The position numbers and the translations under genes are program-made. A DNA stretch of 64,000 nt from Candidatus Deferrimicrobiaceae bacterium (GTDB lineage: Bacteria; Desulfobacterota; Deferrimicrobia; Deferrimicrobiales; Deferrimicrobiaceae), in contig CAWBVY010000004.1 in the NCBI GenBank assembly GCA_963792415.1, positions 1,167 through 65,166 of the forward strand. The letters are read 5' to 3'. This document shows, one piece after another, positions 17,112 through 29,197 of the stretch. Below the pieces are notes generated by a model, which saw only the letters and a program-made list of their open reading frames with translations, made no database searches and had not been told where the DNA came from. Position 1 is the first letter of the stretch; every line of letters begins with the position of its first letter.

Positions 17112-17282
17112 ATGATCGCAAGGGGGATTTTTGGAATTCTGACGGCAGGCGCGATGGTCGCATTGGCAACGAATTATTTCGGAGCCGACGCCGCCGGAGT
17201 CCCGGGGCCAGGCTCCGCGCCCGGAATGTTGGTGGCGGTCGGGTTGGCCCTGGTCGGGTTGGGGATGCGGGGCCGGAAGTAG
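17112..17282 (+). CDS. Small exported peptide (56 aa) with a PEP-CTERM-like C-terminus. Hypothetical.
   Basis: MIARGIFGILTAGAMVALATNYFGADAAGVPGPGSAPGMLVAVGLALVGLGMRGRK: N-terminal hydrophobic signal; C-terminal VPGP + TM + basic tail. Absent from the ORF track (<60 aa). Preceded by the 4-codon mini-ORF ATGATGCAATCATGA, whose stop overlaps this ATG. Confidence 0.4.
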   Translation: MIARGIFGILTAGAMVALATNYFGADAAGVPGPGSAPGMLVAVGLALVGLGMRGRK

Positions 17283-17552
17283 ATTCTTCAAGGAACACCG
17301 ATCGACGGTTGCACCCCGGCCCCGGGAGAATCGGTCGATCCGGCCCTTTCCATGTCCGCACTCCCGGGATCTGTGGTAATTTGAAAAGCAAGCAAAGGTC
17401 CGCACCCGAAGAGATCCCGGGAATCGCGCTCATGACCTCTTTTGCGCCCCTGCCGCGGCGGCCCTCTCTCATGGAGAGTCTCCCAACGTTCTCGATGTCG
17501 CCTCTGGCCTTGCTCAAAGGCAAACCCTGATCCATCGAAGGAGACCCCTGAC

Positions 17553-20500
17553 TTGAAGGTGAGCGGCACGTCCATCCCCACGAACTTGCGCAATATGGGG
17601 GCGAGCCTCCGCGGGGGCGGATCGGCGAAAAAGTACGCCGGCGACGAGCCTCCGCTGCGATCGGAACTGTTCAGCAGCGAACAGATGAAGCAGCACGGAA
17701 AGACCCTTGCGGGCTCGCACAAGCTGGGTCCGGGACGAATTCGGGACCGGCTTCTGACCCGGCTGGCGGAGAATGAACGCGTCCTGGCGGGAGCCTGCAC
17801 CCTCTTGACGTCGGCGGTCGATGCGAACCGCCGGATCGCGCCGGCAGGGGAGTGGCTCCTCGACAACTTCTATCTGATCGAAGAACAGATCCGCACGGCC
17901 AGGAGGCACTTGCCGAAGGGGTACAGCAGGGAACTGCCTCGACTGCTGGACGGACCGTCGGCCGGACTTCCGCGCGTGTACGACATCGCGCATGAAGCGA
18001 TCTCGCACGGCGATGGGCGGGTGGACCCGGGAAGTCTCCGCAGTTTCGTGGCGTCCTACCAGACGGTGACCGTCCTGACGCTTGGCGAATTGTGGGCCAT
18101 CCCCATCATGCTTCGCCTGGCGCTGATCGAGAATCTCCGGCGCGTCGGAGCACGGATCGTCGCCGGAAGCATCGACCGGGACCTCGCCGCCCGCTGGGCC
18201 GAGCAGATGATGGAGATCGCCGAAAAGGACCCGAAGAGCCTGATATTGCTGACCGCGGACATGGCGCGGTCGAACCCCCCGATGGTGAGCTCGTTCGTCG
18301 CGGAATTCGCCCGCCGATTGCAGGGACAGAGCACCGCCCTGGCCTTGCCGCTCACCTGGATCGAACAACGGCTTTCCGAGTCCGGCCAGACGATCGAGCA
18401 GCTGGTGCGGGCGGAGAACCAGCAAAAGGCCGCCGACCAGGTTTCCGTCAGCAACAGCATCGGCAGCCTCCGGTTCCTGGGAGCGATGGACTGGCGCGCG
18501 TTCGTCGAGACGATGAGCGCCGTCGAGCAGGTGCTGCGCGAGGACCCGGGGGGAACCTACGGCCGGATGGATTTCACCACCCGCGACCGCTACCGCCACG
18601 TCGTCGAGAAGATCGCGAAGAGGAGCGGTTTGCACGAAGCCGATGTGGCGCGCGAGGCGGTCGTGCTGGCCGGCGAGGTCGCGGCCAGGAGCGGGCCGGA
18701 CGATCGCGCGGCGCATGTCGGGTTCTACCTGATCGACAAGGGGTTGGCGCGGATGGAACGGGCGGCGGGGGTGCGCCTTCCCGTTCTCGAGACCCTTCGG
18801 CGGACGGCAGGCCGGTTTTCCCTGCACCTCTACCTTGGCTCGATCGCGCTGTTGACGGTCCTTTTTTCCGGGGCCTTGCTGGCGAAGGCGCACGCCGGCG
18901 GGCTGCGGGATTGGCCGCTCGCCCTGTTCGGCGCCCTCTGCCTGCTTTGCGCCAGCCGACTGGCGGTCGCGCTGGTGAACTGGCTCGCCACGCTGCTGGT
19001 GAAGCCGCATACGCTTCCGCGAATGGATTTCTCCGAAGGGATTCCTTTGGAATCGCGCGCCCTGGTGGTGGTCCCGACGATGCTCGCGAGCCCCCGCAAC
19101 ATCGAGTCCCTGGTCGAGTCCCTGGAGGTCCGGTTCCTGGCGAATCGGGATGACAACCTGCACTTCGGCCTGCTGACGGACTTCCGGGACGCGAACGAGG
19201 AAACGGACCCGGAGGACGGGGAGCTGTTGCGGCTGGCACGGCAGGGGATCGAAGAGCTGAACGAAAAGTACGGGAACGCAAAGAGCGCACCGTTCTTCCT
19301 TTTTCACCGCCCGCGCCGATGGAATCCGCAGGAGCGGACCTGGATGGGCTACGAACGCAAGCGCGGGAAGCTTGCGGAGTTGAACCTGCTTCTTCGCGGC
19401 GGGGCGCCGGATCGCTTTTCCATCGTCGTCGGCAGGACGGCGGATTTGTCGAACGTCAAATTCGTGATCCCCCTCGACACGGATACGCAACTGCCGCGTG
19501 ACGCGGCGCGGCAGTTCGTCGGAGCCATGTCCCACCCGCTGAACCGTGCGCGGTACGACGAGCGGTTGCAGCGCGTCTCCGAGGGGCACGGCATCCTGCA
19601 GCCGCGCGTGGCCGACAGCCTGTCGGGGACGAACCGGTCGCGATATGCGCGGTTGTTCGGGAGCGAACCGGGAATCGACCCGTACACGCGCGCCGTCTCC
19701 GATGTGTACCAGGACGTGTTCGGCGAAGGCTCCTTCATCGGCAAGGGGATCTACGACGTCGACGCGTTCGAGCAGGCCCTCAAGGGAAGGCTTCCCGAGA
19801 ACCGGATCCTCAGCCACGATCTCCTGGAAGGGTGCCATGCGCGGGCGGGACTGTTGAGCGATGCGAGCCTCTACGAGGAATATCCGTCCAGCTACATCGC
19901 GGACGTAGCCCGTCGCCACCGGTGGATCCGGGGGGACTGGCAGATTGCCGGGTGGCTGCTGTCGCGCGTTCCCGGCCCGGGCGACGCCCGCCGCAGGAAC
20001 CCGCTCTCGGGGCTTTCCCAATGGAAGATCTTCGACAATCTTCGGCGCAGCCTCGAACCTTCCGCATTGACGCTCCTGTTGCTGCTGGGTTGGAACGCTT
20101 TCTCTTCCGCATGGTACTGGACCGTGTCGGTGATCGGGATCCTCCTGATCCCCTCCTTGATGACCTCCGCCCTGGAAATGTTCCGGAAGCCCGCCGATGC
20201 GCTGCTGCGTCAGCACCTTGCCGCCGAAGCGCGCTCCGCCGGTCGGCGCTTCGCCCAGGCGGGATTTACGCTGGCGTGCCTTCCGTACGAAGCGTTTTTC
20301 AGCCTGGAAGCGATCGTGCGCACGGCCATGCGGATGCTGATCACCCGCAAGGGGCTTCTCGAATGGAAACCGTCCGGGAACCCGGACCGCGATCGCGGCG
20401 AGGACCTGACGGCATTTTTCCGATCGATGTGGATCGCCCCCGTGATCGCCGCCGCCGGGACGATCCACCTCGCGGTTTCGAGGCCGGTCGCGCTGGCGAC

Positions 20501-23500
20501 GGCCGGGCCCATCCTGGCCCTGTGGTTCGCCTCCCCCGCCATCGCCTGGTGGATCAGCCGCCCGCTCGCCCGCCGCAGGGCCGCTCTTTCGGCGGACCAG
20601 ATCCTCTTTCTCCGGAAGCTTTCGCGGAAGACCTGGGCGTTCTTCGAAACCTTCGTCGGCCCGGAAGACCATTGGCTGCCACCGGACAACTACCAGGAAT
20701 ACCGCATCGGCGCGGTCGCCCACCGCACGTCGCCTACAAACATGGGGCTCTCGCTCCTCGCGAATCTGGCCGCCTGCGACTTCGGATACCTTCCGGCGGC
20801 GCAACTCGTCGAGCGCACGGAGAATGCGCTGAGCACGATGGAGACCCTGGCGCGACATCGAGGTCATTTCTACAACTGGTACGACACGCAATCCCTGGAA
20901 CCGCTGCTGCCTCTCTACATCTCGACGGTGGACAGCGGAAACCTCTCGGGCCACCTTCTGACGCTGCGGCAGGGCCTGCTCGAACTTCCGGATCACGCCG
21001 TCCTCGGGGAGCGATGGCTGGAGGGCATCAGCGATACCTTTCAGGTTCTCGTGGACACCGTGGATGGGGCCTTCCCTTCCCCGCTCGCGCAATTCCAGGA
21101 GATCCTGGAGTCCTCGCTCGGTTCCCGACCGGTCACGATCGCGGAGGCGAGGCTTTGCCTCGAGCGCCTGACGGCAGGCGCCGGGGAAATCGCAGGCGGA
21201 TTCAAGGATGAGAAGCACGGCGAGCCGAACCGGTGGGCGCAAGCCCTCGAGCGTCAATGCCGGGTCGCCCTCGAGGAAGTGGCGTATTTAGGCGACATCC
21301 CCGGTTTCGACGGAATCCCGACCTTGCGCGCGCTGGCAGGACTCGAGGAGAAGAGCGAGTGGCCCCTTGAGCTCCGGGGGCTCCTCCCGGAGGTAAACCG
21401 GCGCGCAAGGGAACGGATTTCGGCGATCGACCGCCTTGCGATGCAATGCGGGGAGCTCGCCCGCGTGGAGTACGACTTCCTCTACGACAAGGGACGCCAT
21501 CTCCTGACGATCGGTTACAACGTCAGCGAGCGGCGGCGGGACTCGGGGTACTACGATCTGCTGGCTTCGGAAGCCAGGCTCTGCACGTTCGTGGCGATCG
21601 CGCAGGGACAGCTGCCGCAGGAGTCCTGGTTCGCCCTGGGGCGCCTGCTCACCGCCACGGGGGGAGAACCGATTCTCCTTTCGTGGAGCGGTTCGATGTT
21701 CGAGTACCTCATGCCGCTCCTGGTGATGCCGACGTACGAGAACACGCTGATCGACCGTACCTGCAAGGCGGCGGTGGGGCGGCAGATCGAGTACGGGAAG
21801 CAGCGCGGCGTGCCGTGGGGGATGTCGGAATCCGGCTACAACATGGTCGACGTTCGTCTCAACTACCAGTACCGGGCGTTCGGCGTGCCCGGCCTTGGGC
21901 TCAAGCGTGGGCTGGCGTCGGAACTGGTCGTGGCGCCGTATGCGTCCGCTCTTGCCCTGATGGTGGCCCCCGAGGAGGCGTGCCGGAATCTGCAGCGGCT
22001 CGGGGAAAAGGAGTTGATCGGGGAATACGGCTTTTATGAGGCCATCGACTACACCCCTTCACGTCAACGACGCGGGCAATCGAGCGCGGTCGTCCGGTCT
22101 TTCATGGCGCATCACCAGGGCATGAGCCTCCTCTCCCTGGATTCCCTGCTCCTGGACCTTCCGATGCAGAAGCGGTTCGAGTCGGATCCGCTGTTCCAGG
22201 CGACCACGCTCCTGCTCCAGGAACGGGTTCCGAAGGCCACGGCGTCCTACGCGCTTGCCGCCGAGCTCTCCGGCGTGCGCACAACCCCCGGCGTCACCGA
22301 GATGCCGATGCGGTCTTTCGGCACCCCCGACACTCCCGTACCGGAAGTGCAGCTGCTGTCGAACGGCAGATACCACGTGATGATCACGAACGCGGGCGGC
22401 GGATACAGCCGCTGGAAAGACATCGCGGTGACGCGCTGGCGTGAGGACGGCACCTGCGACAACTGGGGCACGTTCTGCTACCTCCGCGATACGGCAAGCG
22501 GGGAGTTCTGGTCCACCGCTTACCAGCCGACGCTCAAGAAACCGGAGAAGTACGAGGCGATTTTTTCGGAGGCGCGGGTGGAGTTCCGCCGCCGCGACCA
22601 CGATTTCGACACGCACACGGAAATCGCCGTTTCGCCCGAGGACGACGTCGAGGTGCGCCGGGTCCGCATCGTCAACCGCTCCCAGACCCCCAGGACCGTC
22701 GAGATCACGAGTTACGCGGAAGTGGTTCTTGCATCGCCTGCCGCCGACGCGCTGCATCCGGCGTTCGGGAACCTCTTCGTCCAGACCGAGATCGTTCGCG
22801 AGCGGAAGGCGATCCTCTGCACCCGCCGTCCCCGCTCCTCCAGCGAGCCGGCGCCGTGGATGTTTCACCTGATGTCCGTGCGCGGGAAGGACGCCGGGGA
22901 AGCTTCCTACGAGACCGACCGGGTGCGGTTCATCGGTCGGGGAAACACCATCGCCGATCCGGAGGCGGTCAGCGCTCCCGCGGAGCTGTCGGACAGCCAG
23001 GGGTCCGTGCTCGATCCGATCGTCGCGATCCGGTATCGGATCACGCTCGGGCCCGATGAGGCGGCAACCGCAAATATCGTCACCGGAGTCGGGGAAACCC
23101 GCGACATCTGCATGGATCTCGTCGAGAAGTACCAGGATCGGCGTCTCGCGGGCCGGGTCTTCGATCTGGCGTGGACCCACAGCCAGGTGCTGCTGCAACA
23201 GCTGAACGCCACGGAGGCCGACGCGCAACTGTACGGTCACCTCGCCAGCTCCGTCCTCTACGCCAATCCGTTGCTGCGCGCCGACGCGAGTCTTCTCGGT
23301 AAAAACCGCCGCGGGCAATCCGGCCTGTGGGGCTACTCCATCTCCGGCGATTTTCCGATCGTGCTGCTGCAGATCGCAGACCCGTCCAACATCGAGCTGG
23401 TGCGTCAGCTCGTGCAGGCCCACGCGTACTGGCGGTTGAAAGGGCTGGCGGTGGACCTGGTGATCTGGAACGAAGATCACGCCGGGTACCGGCAACTGCT

Positions 23501-26189
23501 CCAGGAGCAGATCGTGGGGCTGATCGCCGCGGGCCTGGAAGCCAGGTTCACGGAACGCCCAGGCGGCATCTACCTGCGGCTCGGCGAGCAGATATCGAGC
23601 GAGGACCGGATTCTGTTCCAGACGGTCTCTCGCGCGATCCTCACCGACAGCCGGGGGACGCTGTGGGACCAGATCCACCGTCGCCGGGTTGCGGAAGTGC
23701 CCGTTCCGCGCATTCGCCCGGTCCGAAATCGCCACGACGAAACCCCGGCGGCGGCCGAGCCGCCTCCGCGCGACCTGATCTTCTTCAACGGGTTGGGAGG
23801 TTTCACGCCGGATGGGCGCGAATACGTGATTTCCACCGCGCACGGGCAGGAAACGCCGGCGCCGTGGGTGAATGTTCTGGCGAACCCGAACTTCGGAAGC
23901 GTCGTCTCGGAAGGCGGCCAGTCCTACACCTGGAGCGAGAATGCACACGAGTTCCGCCTCACTCCCTGGAACAACGACCCCGTGAGCGATTCGGGCGGGG
24001 AAGCCTGTTACATCCGTGACGAGGAGAGCGGCCGCTTCTGGTCCCCCACACCCTCGCCTTGCCGCGGCAGGCTGCCGTACGTCAGCAGGCACGGTTTCGG
24101 CTACAGCGTCTTCGAGCATGCGGAGGGCGGCATCCGTTCGGAGCTGTGGGTTTACGTGGCCCTGGACGCGCCGGTAAAGTTCTCGGTGTTGAAAGTGCGG
24201 AACGAGTCCGGCCGGTCGCGCAAACTCTCCGCGACGGGATACGCGGAATGGGTGTTGGGAGATCTGCGGCCGGTATCGGCGATGCACGTGGTAACCCAGG
24301 TCGACCCCGGCAGCGGAGCACTCCTTGCGCGGAACGCCTACAACACGGAGTTCACCGGCCGGGTCGCGTTCTTCGACGTGGACGATCCGGCCCGGACGGT
24401 AAGCGGGGACCGGTTGGAATTCCTCGGACGCAACGGTTCGCTTCGGAGCCCGGCCGCCATGACCCGTGCGCGGCTATCGGGCAAGGTAGGGGCGGCCCTG
24501 GATCCCTGCGCCGCGATCCAGGTGCCGTTCGAACTGGCCGACGGTCAGGAGCGCGAGATCGTCTTCCGGCTCGGCGCGGGGAAAAACGCGGACGACGCCA
24601 GGGAACTGGTGAACCGCTTCCGCGGATCCGCAGCGGCGCGGGGGGAGCTTGAATCGGTCTGGGAGTACTGGAAGCGGACTCTCGGGACCGTGCAGGTGGA
24701 AACGCCCGACCCCGCCGTCAACGTCCTGGCCAACGGCTGGCTCCTTTACCAGGCCCTGGCGTGCCGTATCTGGGGGCGGAGCGGGTACTACCAGTCGGGA
24801 GGCGCCTTCGGGTTCCGCGACCAGTTGCAGGACGCCATGGCGCTGGTGCACTCGGAGCCGCACCTTCTGCGCGAACATCTCCTGCGATGCGCGGGTCGCC
24901 AGTTCCGGGAGGGAGACGTCCAGCACTGGTGGCATCCCCCCTCGGGCCGGGGCGTGCGCACGAAATGTTCCGATGACTTCCTCTGGTTGCCCCTGGCGAC
25001 GTGCCGTTACGTTCTCGCCACGGGGGATACCGGGGTGTTGGACGAAACCGTCCACTTCCTCGAAGGGCGCCCGGTAAACGTGGAGGAGGATTCCTACTAC
25101 GATCTTCCCGTCCGGTCGGAAGAAGCGGCCAGCCTGTACGAACATTGCCGGCGCGCCATCCTGAGAGGTCTCGGGACCGGCGAGCACGGCCTGCCGCTCA
25201 TGGGGTCCGGCGACTGGAACGACGGGATGAACCTTGTGGGAGAGCACGGCAAGGGGGAAAGCGTCTGGCTTGGGTTCTTCCTGTATGAAGTGCTTACGCG
25301 GTTCACCGAGGTCGCACGCAATGCCGGTGACGTGTCCTTCGCCGAACGTTGCCGGACGGAGTCGGCCAAAGTGCGCCTGAATATCGAGCAGAACGGCTGG
25401 GACGGCGAGTGGTACCGCCGCGCGTATTTCGACGACGGCTCGCCGCTCGGGTCGGCCAGCAACTCCGAATGCCGGATCGACTCGATCGCGCAAAGCTGGT
25501 CGGTTCTCTCCGGGGCCGGCGATGCCGGGAGAACCCGCATGGCGATGGACGCGGTGGATCAGCGCCTCGTTCGCCGTGACCACGCTTTGATCCAGCTCCT
25601 GGATCCGCCGTTCGACCAATCGGCCCTGAATCCCGGCTACATAAAAGGGTACGTCCCGGGGGTGAGGGAAAACGGCGGTCAATACACGCATGCGGCGATC
25701 TGGGCGGCGATGGCGTTCGCCGCGTTGGGGGACAGCCGGCGCGCGTGGGAACTGCTGTCGATGATCAACCCGGTGAACCACGCAAAGTCCCCGGAGGGGA
25801 CGGCGGTCTACAAAGTGGAACCGTACGTCGTCGCGGCCGACGTGTATGCGCTCCCGCCGCACACGGGGCGCGGAGGATGGACCTGGTATACGGGCTCGGC
25901 CGGTTGGATGTACCGGCTGATCGTGGAATCCCTCCTGGGTCTCAAGCTGGAAGTGGACAAGCTGCGGTTTGGTCCGTGCCTCCCCGCGGACTGGAAAGGG
26001 TTCAAGGTGTACTACCGGTATCGCGAGACGTTCTATGAAATCGACGTTCGGCAACAACACGGGGTGGAAGGCCGGACGATCGTGACCGTTGACGGGATGG
26101 AACAGCAGGACGATGCCATTCCCCTTGTTGACGACCGCCGGAATCATTCGGTCGGGATCGTATCCATCCGGCCACCCATTCCTTTCTGA
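17553..26189 (+). CDS. ndvB: Cyclic beta-1,2-glucan synthase (NdvB/ChvB/Cgs type): N-terminal domain, multi-TM region, GT84 glycosyltransferase, and C-terminal GH94 phosphorylase-like domain.
   Basis: ~2,880-aa ORF. Conserved N-terminus [26 protein letters not shown] cluster around residues 450-1000. GH94 signature near the C-terminus ([26 protein letters not shown]) and a glucoamylase-like (a/a)6 region. Start is uncertain: TTG 17553 has RBS GAAGGAGA; the alternatives are ATG 17442 and ATG 17595. Confidence 0.85.
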   Translation: MKVSGTSIPTNLRNMGASLRGGGSAKKYAGDEPPLRSELFSSEQMKQHGKTLAGSHKLGPGRIRDRLLTRLAENERVLAGACTLLTSAVDANRRIAPAGEWLLDNFYLIEEQIRTARRHLPKGYSRELPRLLDGPSAGLPRVYDIAHEAISHGDGRVDPGSLRSFVASYQTVTVLTLGELWAIPIMLRLALIENLRRVGARIVAGSIDRDLAARWAEQMMEIAEKDPKSLILLTADMARSNPPMVSSFVAEFARRLQGQSTALALPLTWIEQRLSESGQTIEQLVRAENQQKAADQVSVSNSIGSLRFLGAMDWRAFVETMSAVEQVLREDPGGTYGRMDFTTRDRYRHVVEKIAKRSGLHEADVAREAVVLAGEVAARSGPDDRAAHVGFYLIDKGLARMERAAGVRLPVLETLRRTAGRFSLHLYLGSIALLTVLFSGALLAKAHAGGLRDWPLALFGALCLLCASRLAVALVNWLATLLVKPHTLPRMDFSEGIPLESRALVVVPTMLASPRNIESLVESLEVRFLANRDDNLHFGLLTDFRDANEETDPEDGELLRLARQGIEELNEKYGNAKSAPFFLFHRPRRWNPQERTWMGYERKRGKLAELNLLLRGGAPDRFSIVVGRTADLSNVKFVIPLDTDTQLPRDAARQFVGAMSHPLNRARYDERLQRVSEGHGILQPRVADSLSGTNRSRYARLFGSEPGIDPYTRAVSDVYQDVFGEGSFIGKGIYDVDAFEQALKGRLPENRILSHDLLEGCHARAGLLSDASLYEEYPSSYIADVARRHRWIRGDWQIAGWLLSRVPGPGDARRRNPLSGLSQWKIFDNLRRSLEPSALTLLLLLGWNAFSSAWYWTVSVIGILLIPSLMTSALEMFRKPADALLRQHLAAEARSAGRRFAQAGFTLACLPYEAFFSLEAIVRTAMRMLITRKGLLEWKPSGNPDRDRGEDLTAFFRSMWIAPVIAAAGTIHLAVSRPVALATAGPILALWFASPAIAWWISRPLARRRAALSADQILFLRKLSRKTWAFFETFVGPEDHWLPPDNYQEYRIGAVAHRTSPTNMGLSLLANLAACDFGYLPAAQLVERTENALSTMETLARHRGHFYNWYDTQSLEPLLPLYISTVDSGNLSGHLLTLRQGLLELPDHAVLGERWLEGISDTFQVLVDTVDGAFPSPLAQFQEILESSLGSRPVTIAEARLCLERLTAGAGEIAGGFKDEKHGEPNRWAQALERQCRVALEEVAYLGDIPGFDGIPTLRALAGLEEKSEWPLELRGLLPEVNRRARERISAIDRLAMQCGELARVEYDFLYDKGRHLLTIGYNVSERRRDSGYYDLLASEARLCTFVAIAQGQLPQESWFALGRLLTATGGEPILLSWSGSMFEYLMPLLVMPTYENTLIDRTCKAAVGRQIEYGKQRGVPWGMSESGYNMVDVRLNYQYRAFGVPGLGLKRGLASELVVAPYASALALMVAPEEACRNLQRLGEKELIGEYGFYEAIDYTPSRQRRGQSSAVVRSFMAHHQGMSLLSLDSLLLDLPMQKRFESDPLFQATTLLLQERVPKATASYALAAELSGVRTTPGVTEMPMRSFGTPDTPVPEVQLLSNGRYHVMITNAGGGYSRWKDIAVTRWREDGTCDNWGTFCYLRDTASGEFWSTAYQPTLKKPEKYEAIFSEARVEFRRRDHDFDTHTEIAVSPEDDVEVRRVRIVNRSQTPRTVEITSYAEVVLASPAADALHPAFGNLFVQTEIVRERKAILCTRRPRSSSEPAPWMFHLMSVRGKDAGEASYETDRVRFIGRGNTIADPEAVSAPAELSDSQGSVLDPIVAIRYRITLGPDEAATANIVTGVGETRDICMDLVEKYQDRRLAGRVFDLAWTHSQVLLQQLNATEADAQLYGHLASSVLYANPLLRADASLLGKNRRGQSGLWGYSISGDFPIVLLQIADPSNIELVRQLVQAHAYWRLKGLAVDLVIWNEDHAGYRQLLQEQIVGLIAAGLEARFTERPGGIYLRLGEQISSEDRILFQTVSRAILTDSRGTLWDQIHRRRVAEVPVPRIRPVRNRHDETPAAAEPPPRDLIFFNGLGGFTPDGREYVISTAHGQETPAPWVNVLANPNFGSVVSEGGQSYTWSENAHEFRLTPWNNDPVSDSGGEACYIRDEESGRFWSPTPSPCRGRLPYVSRHGFGYSVFEHAEGGIRSELWVYVALDAPVKFSVLKVRNESGRSRKLSATGYAEWVLGDLRPVSAMHVVTQVDPGSGALLARNAYNTEFTGRVAFFDVDDPARTVSGDRLEFLGRNGSLRSPAAMTRARLSGKVGAALDPCAAIQVPFELADGQEREIVFRLGAGKNADDARELVNRFRGSAAARGELESVWEYWKRTLGTVQVETPDPAVNVLANGWLLYQALACRIWGRSGYYQSGGAFGFRDQLQDAMALVHSEPHLLREHLLRCAGRQFREGDVQHWWHPPSGRGVRTKCSDDFLWLPLATCRYVLATGDTGVLDETVHFLEGRPVNVEEDSYYDLPVRSEEAASLYEHCRRAILRGLGTGEHGLPLMGSGDWNDGMNLVGEHGKGESVWLGFFLYEVLTRFTEVARNAGDVSFAERCRTESAKVRLNIEQNGWDGEWYRRAYFDDGSPLGSASNSECRIDSIAQSWSVLSGAGDAGRTRMAMDAVDQRLVRRDHALIQLLDPPFDQSALNPGYIKGYVPGVRENGGQYTHAAIWAAMAFAALGDSRRAWELLSMINPVNHAKSPEGTAVYKVEPYVVAADVYALPPHTGRGGWTWYTGSAGWMYRLIVESLLGLKLEVDKLRFGPCLPADWKGFKVYYRYRETFYEIDVRQQHGVEGRTIVTVDGMEQQDDAIPLVDDRRNHSVGIVSIRPPIPF

Positions 26190-26346
26190 TCCTCCCACAA
26201 AATCGGTTCGGCACCCCGTCGCCCCCCTGAGCGCCTCCGCCTGCACGTGCGCGCAGGTCTGCGTCGTCAGCCGGACGCCTGATTGTCACGCCGGCTTCTG
26301 TACTGCGAACGGATGGCCGGTTTTTTTGAGAGAAGTTCCGTTTGCG

Positions 26347-26366
26347 CGGGGTTTGCGGTCCGTGCG
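26347..26366. repeat. Left copy of a 20-30 bp direct repeat (CGGGGTTYGCGGTCCGTGCG) that flanks the sulfatase gene.
   Basis: CCGTTTGCGCGGGGTTTGCGGTCCGTGCGGAC here, versus CCGTTGGTTGCACGGGGTTCGCGGTCCGTGCGTAC at 29071-29102. Confidence 0.6.
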
Positions 26367-26444
26367 GACTCCGCAGGAATTTCCCTCGTGCCGATCGACG
26401 GATTGGGGGGAGCCGGATCACCCTGCGATCGTTCTAACGAATAA

Positions 26445-26489
26445 GGAGTCGGAAAGGGAAGAGCCTGCCGCTCTTTCCCTCCCGACTCC
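26445..26489. terminator. Bidirectional stem-loop terminator between convergent cgs and the sulfatase gene.
   Basis: GGAGTCGGAAAGGGAAGAGC-ctgcc-GCTCTTTCCCTCCCGACTCC: ~20-bp imperfect stem, 5-nt loop, immediately after both stop codons. Confidence 0.55.
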
Positions 26490-26499
26490 TGTCGTCCGC

Positions 26500-28962
26500 T
26501 CAGTCCGCAACCGCTTTCCTGTGTGCGGCGACCGCGCGGGCCTTCTCCTCCTCCGCCTTGTCGGCCGCCTTCATGGGAGCGATGTCGATGGTGACCTTGA
26601 CGATCTTGCCGGTGAACTTGTACGGCGCCGGAATTCCGTAATCCTCCACGACCGGCGTCTCTCCGTCTTCACCGACATCGGCGCCCTCATCGGCCGAAAA
26701 GATCATGGGTTGCGTCCGTTCGATCCGTCCTTCGGCCACCTTCTTCCCGTTGACGAAGATCGTGCCGAGGCCGCCCTTGGCGAGGCCGCCTCCGTCGTAG
26801 GCGAACTCGAAGCGGATTGTCGCCTTCCCGTCGGGTACGGACGTCGCGGCAGCGACGGTGAACCGCTGCAACCCCAGGAAATTGTAGGTATAGGCTGGCT
26901 TTCCGTCCTTCAGATACAGGCTCCAGCCACCGAACCGCCCGGCCTGGGCGAGGATCACGCCGTTGGCGCCGCCCTTGGGGATGTCGACCTCGGCGGTGAC
27001 CGAGTGGGATCGGTTCTTCGCGTTGATGAAGACGTTTTCGGACATCCCGATCATTCCCTCGAAGACCGTGAGCGACGTGCGCCCGGCCATCAGGTCGGGC
27101 CTCCCGACGAGGGCGGCGTCTAACCGCTCGAAGACACGGTCGTCGATGGGCAGCACGCTGTACTTCTCCGCCTCCTTCATGAACAGGTCCTGCATCTCCT
27201 TGAGTTTTGCCGGGTTCTTCTTCGCAAGGTCGTTTACCAGGCTGAAGTCGCTCCGGGTGTCGTAAAGCTCCCACGTATCGTTTTCCAGGGTCGCCCGTGG
27301 TTCGCGTTCCCACGGGGCCTTGTGAACGGTTCCGGCCAGCCAGCCGTCGTGGTAGATGGCGCGGTTGCCGAAGATTTCGAAGTACTGGGTCAGGTGGCTC
27401 TCCCTGGCCTTGGCATCGTTGAAGGTGCCCAGCATGCTCACGCCTTCGATCGGGGTCTGGGGAATGCCGTCCACCGCCTTCGGCTCCGGCAGCCCCGCGG
27501 CCGCCAGGATCGTGGGGGCGATGTCGATGACGTGGTGCCACTGCGAACGGACCTCCCCGCGGGCCTTGACACCCTTCGGCCAGTGGACGACCATCCCATT
27601 CCGCGTCCCGCCGTAGTTCGAGGCGACCTGCTTCGTCCAGGTGAAGGGCGTATCCCCGGCGACGGCCCACCCCGCGGAGTAGTGACCGTACGAATTCGGG
27701 CCGCCCAACTCGTCGTAGTGCTTCATGACGCTCTCGACCGTTTCCGGCACCCCGTTGAAGTACGTCATCTCGCTGAACATGCCGGCCATGCCGCCTTCGG
27801 CGCTCGCGCCGTTGTCGCCGACGATGTAGAAGATCAGCGTGTTCTCGAGTTGGCCCATCTCCCCGATGGCGTCGACGAGTCGGCCGATCTCCGTGTCCGT
27901 GTACTCGCCGAAACCCGCGAACACCTCCATCTGGCGGGTGAAGAGCTTCTTCTCGTCAGCCGTCAGCTTATCCCAGTCCTTGATCGCTTCGGGCTTCGGA
28001 GCGAGCTTCGTACCCGCAGGAACGACGCCCAGCCGGATCTGCCGCGCGATGGTCTCATCCCGCAGCTTGTCCCACCCCTGGTCGAACTTCCCCTTGTACT
28101 TCGCGATCCACTCCTTCGGCACCTGGTGCGGCGCGTGGGTCGCGCCCGGCGCGAAGTAGATGAAGAACGGCTTCTCCGGCGTCAAGGCCTTCACCGACCG
28201 CATCCATTTGATCGCCTGGTTTGTCATGTCGGTCATGAAGTGGTAGTTCGGATCCTTGGGCGTCTCGACCTTGGTCATGCCGTCGTAGATCGCCGGCGAC
28301 CACTGGTTCGTCTCCCCGCCCATGAACCCGTAGAACTTGTCGAACCCGGAGCGGGTCGGCCACCGGTCGGTCGGTCCGGAAGGGCTGACTTCCCAGGCGG
28401 CGGTTTCGTGGTTCTTCCCGAAGTGCGCGGTCGTGTACCCGTTGTACCGCAGCATCTTCGCCAGCGGGGCCACGCTCTCGGGACGCTGCCCGGTATTCCC
28501 CGGGAAGGCCGTCGCGGTCTCCGTGATCGAGCCCATGTTGTTCGTGTGATGGTTGCGGCCGCTGAGCAGCGCGGTCCGCGTGGGCGAACAAAGCGCCGTG
28601 GTGTGGAAATTATTGTACCGGAGACCGTTGTTGGCCAGACGGTCCACCGTCGGCATGGTGATGGGGCCGCCGAACGCGCCGGACTGGCCGAACCCCATGT
28701 CGTCGATGAGAACGATGAGCACGTTCGGGGCGCCGGCCGGAGCCTTGACCTCGAACCGCGGGGGCGGCGTCGCTTTCCGCGCGTCCAGCACGGTGCTGTG
28801 CGGATACGCAGGCTCCGGGATCGGCAGCACCGTACGCTCCGTCGGCAGGACGACGCGTGCGGCGGACGGTGCGTCCTGGGCGATGACGGACGGTACCGGC
28901 ACCGTTGAGAAAAACGCCGTTAGCGCGACGACGACGAAAAGGGAAATCGGATTTCGCTTCAT
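26500..28962 (-). CDS. Arylsulfatase (formylglycine-dependent sulfatase family), secreted, with an additional C-terminal domain.
   Basis: Signal peptide MKRNPISLFVVVALTAFFSTVPVPSVIA; sulfatase signature CSPTRTALLSGRNHH; metal-binding DDMGFG. RBS GGAGGA. Confidence 0.9.
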   Translation of the reverse strand: MKRNPISLFVVVALTAFFSTVPVPSVIAQDAPSAARVVLPTERTVLPIPEPAYPHSTVLDARKATPPPRFEVKAPAGAPNVLIVLIDDMGFGQSGAFGGPITMPTVDRLANNGLRYNNFHTTALCSPTRTALLSGRNHHTNNMGSITETATAFPGNTGQRPESVAPLAKMLRYNGYTTAHFGKNHETAAWEVSPSGPTDRWPTRSGFDKFYGFMGGETNQWSPAIYDGMTKVETPKDPNYHFMTDMTNQAIKWMRSVKALTPEKPFFIYFAPGATHAPHQVPKEWIAKYKGKFDQGWDKLRDETIARQIRLGVVPAGTKLAPKPEAIKDWDKLTADEKKLFTRQMEVFAGFGEYTDTEIGRLVDAIGEMGQLENTLIFYIVGDNGASAEGGMAGMFSEMTYFNGVPETVESVMKHYDELGGPNSYGHYSAGWAVAGDTPFTWTKQVASNYGGTRNGMVVHWPKGVKARGEVRSQWHHVIDIAPTILAAAGLPEPKAVDGIPQTPIEGVSMLGTFNDAKARESHLTQYFEIFGNRAIYHDGWLAGTVHKAPWEREPRATLENDTWELYDTRSDFSLVNDLAKKNPAKLKEMQDLFMKEAEKYSVLPIDDRVFERLDAALVGRPDLMAGRTSLTVFEGMIGMSENVFINAKNRSHSVTAEVDIPKGGANGVILAQAGRFGGWSLYLKDGKPAYTYNFLGLQRFTVAAATSVPDGKATIRFEFAYDGGGLAKGGLGTIFVNGKKVAEGRIERTQPMIFSADEGADVGEDGETPVVEDYGIPAPYKFTGKIVKVTIDIAPMKAADKAEEEKARAVAAHRKAVAD

Positions 28963-29080
28963 GACCTTTCCTCCTGGTGATCTCCACCCCTGAAACCACT
29001 CCAACTGCATACCGAGTTTCCCCCGAAAACAGCGTCCATGCAAGACCCCTTGCCCACCCCTGAAATGGCCGTTGGTTGCA

Positions 29081-29100
29081 CGGGGTTCGCGGTCCGTGCG
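29081..29100. repeat. Right copy of the sulfatase-flanking direct repeat. The adjacent CCACCCCTGAAA is also duplicated, at 28984 and 29054.
   Basis: See the left copy above. Lies in the 235-bp region between the NtrC-type regulator gene and the sulfatase start. Confidence 0.6.
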
Positions 29101-29197
29101 TACGGGAGCACGCCGATCCGAAGTCAAGCGCTCTATCCAGTTGAGCCCAGGGCGGGGCCGGAAGAGCGGTCATCTTTCCGCGAGGAGAGCCGCCTCG

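Noticed and set aside
17514-26246. Very long minus-strand ORFs (1247 aa, 742 aa, 590 aa) antisense to cgs
   Set aside because: Low-complexity Arg/Pro/Gly-rich translations typical of antisense frames in high-GC DNA. The plus-strand frame carries coherent GT84/GH94 homology over its whole length.
28963-29197. Sigma-54 promoter (TGGCAC-N5-TTGCA) driving the sulfatase from the NtrC-type activator
   Set aside because: Manual scan on both strands found only off-spacing near-matches (e.g. TGGGCAAGGGGTCTTGCA with GG-N11-GC), so I do not report a promoter.
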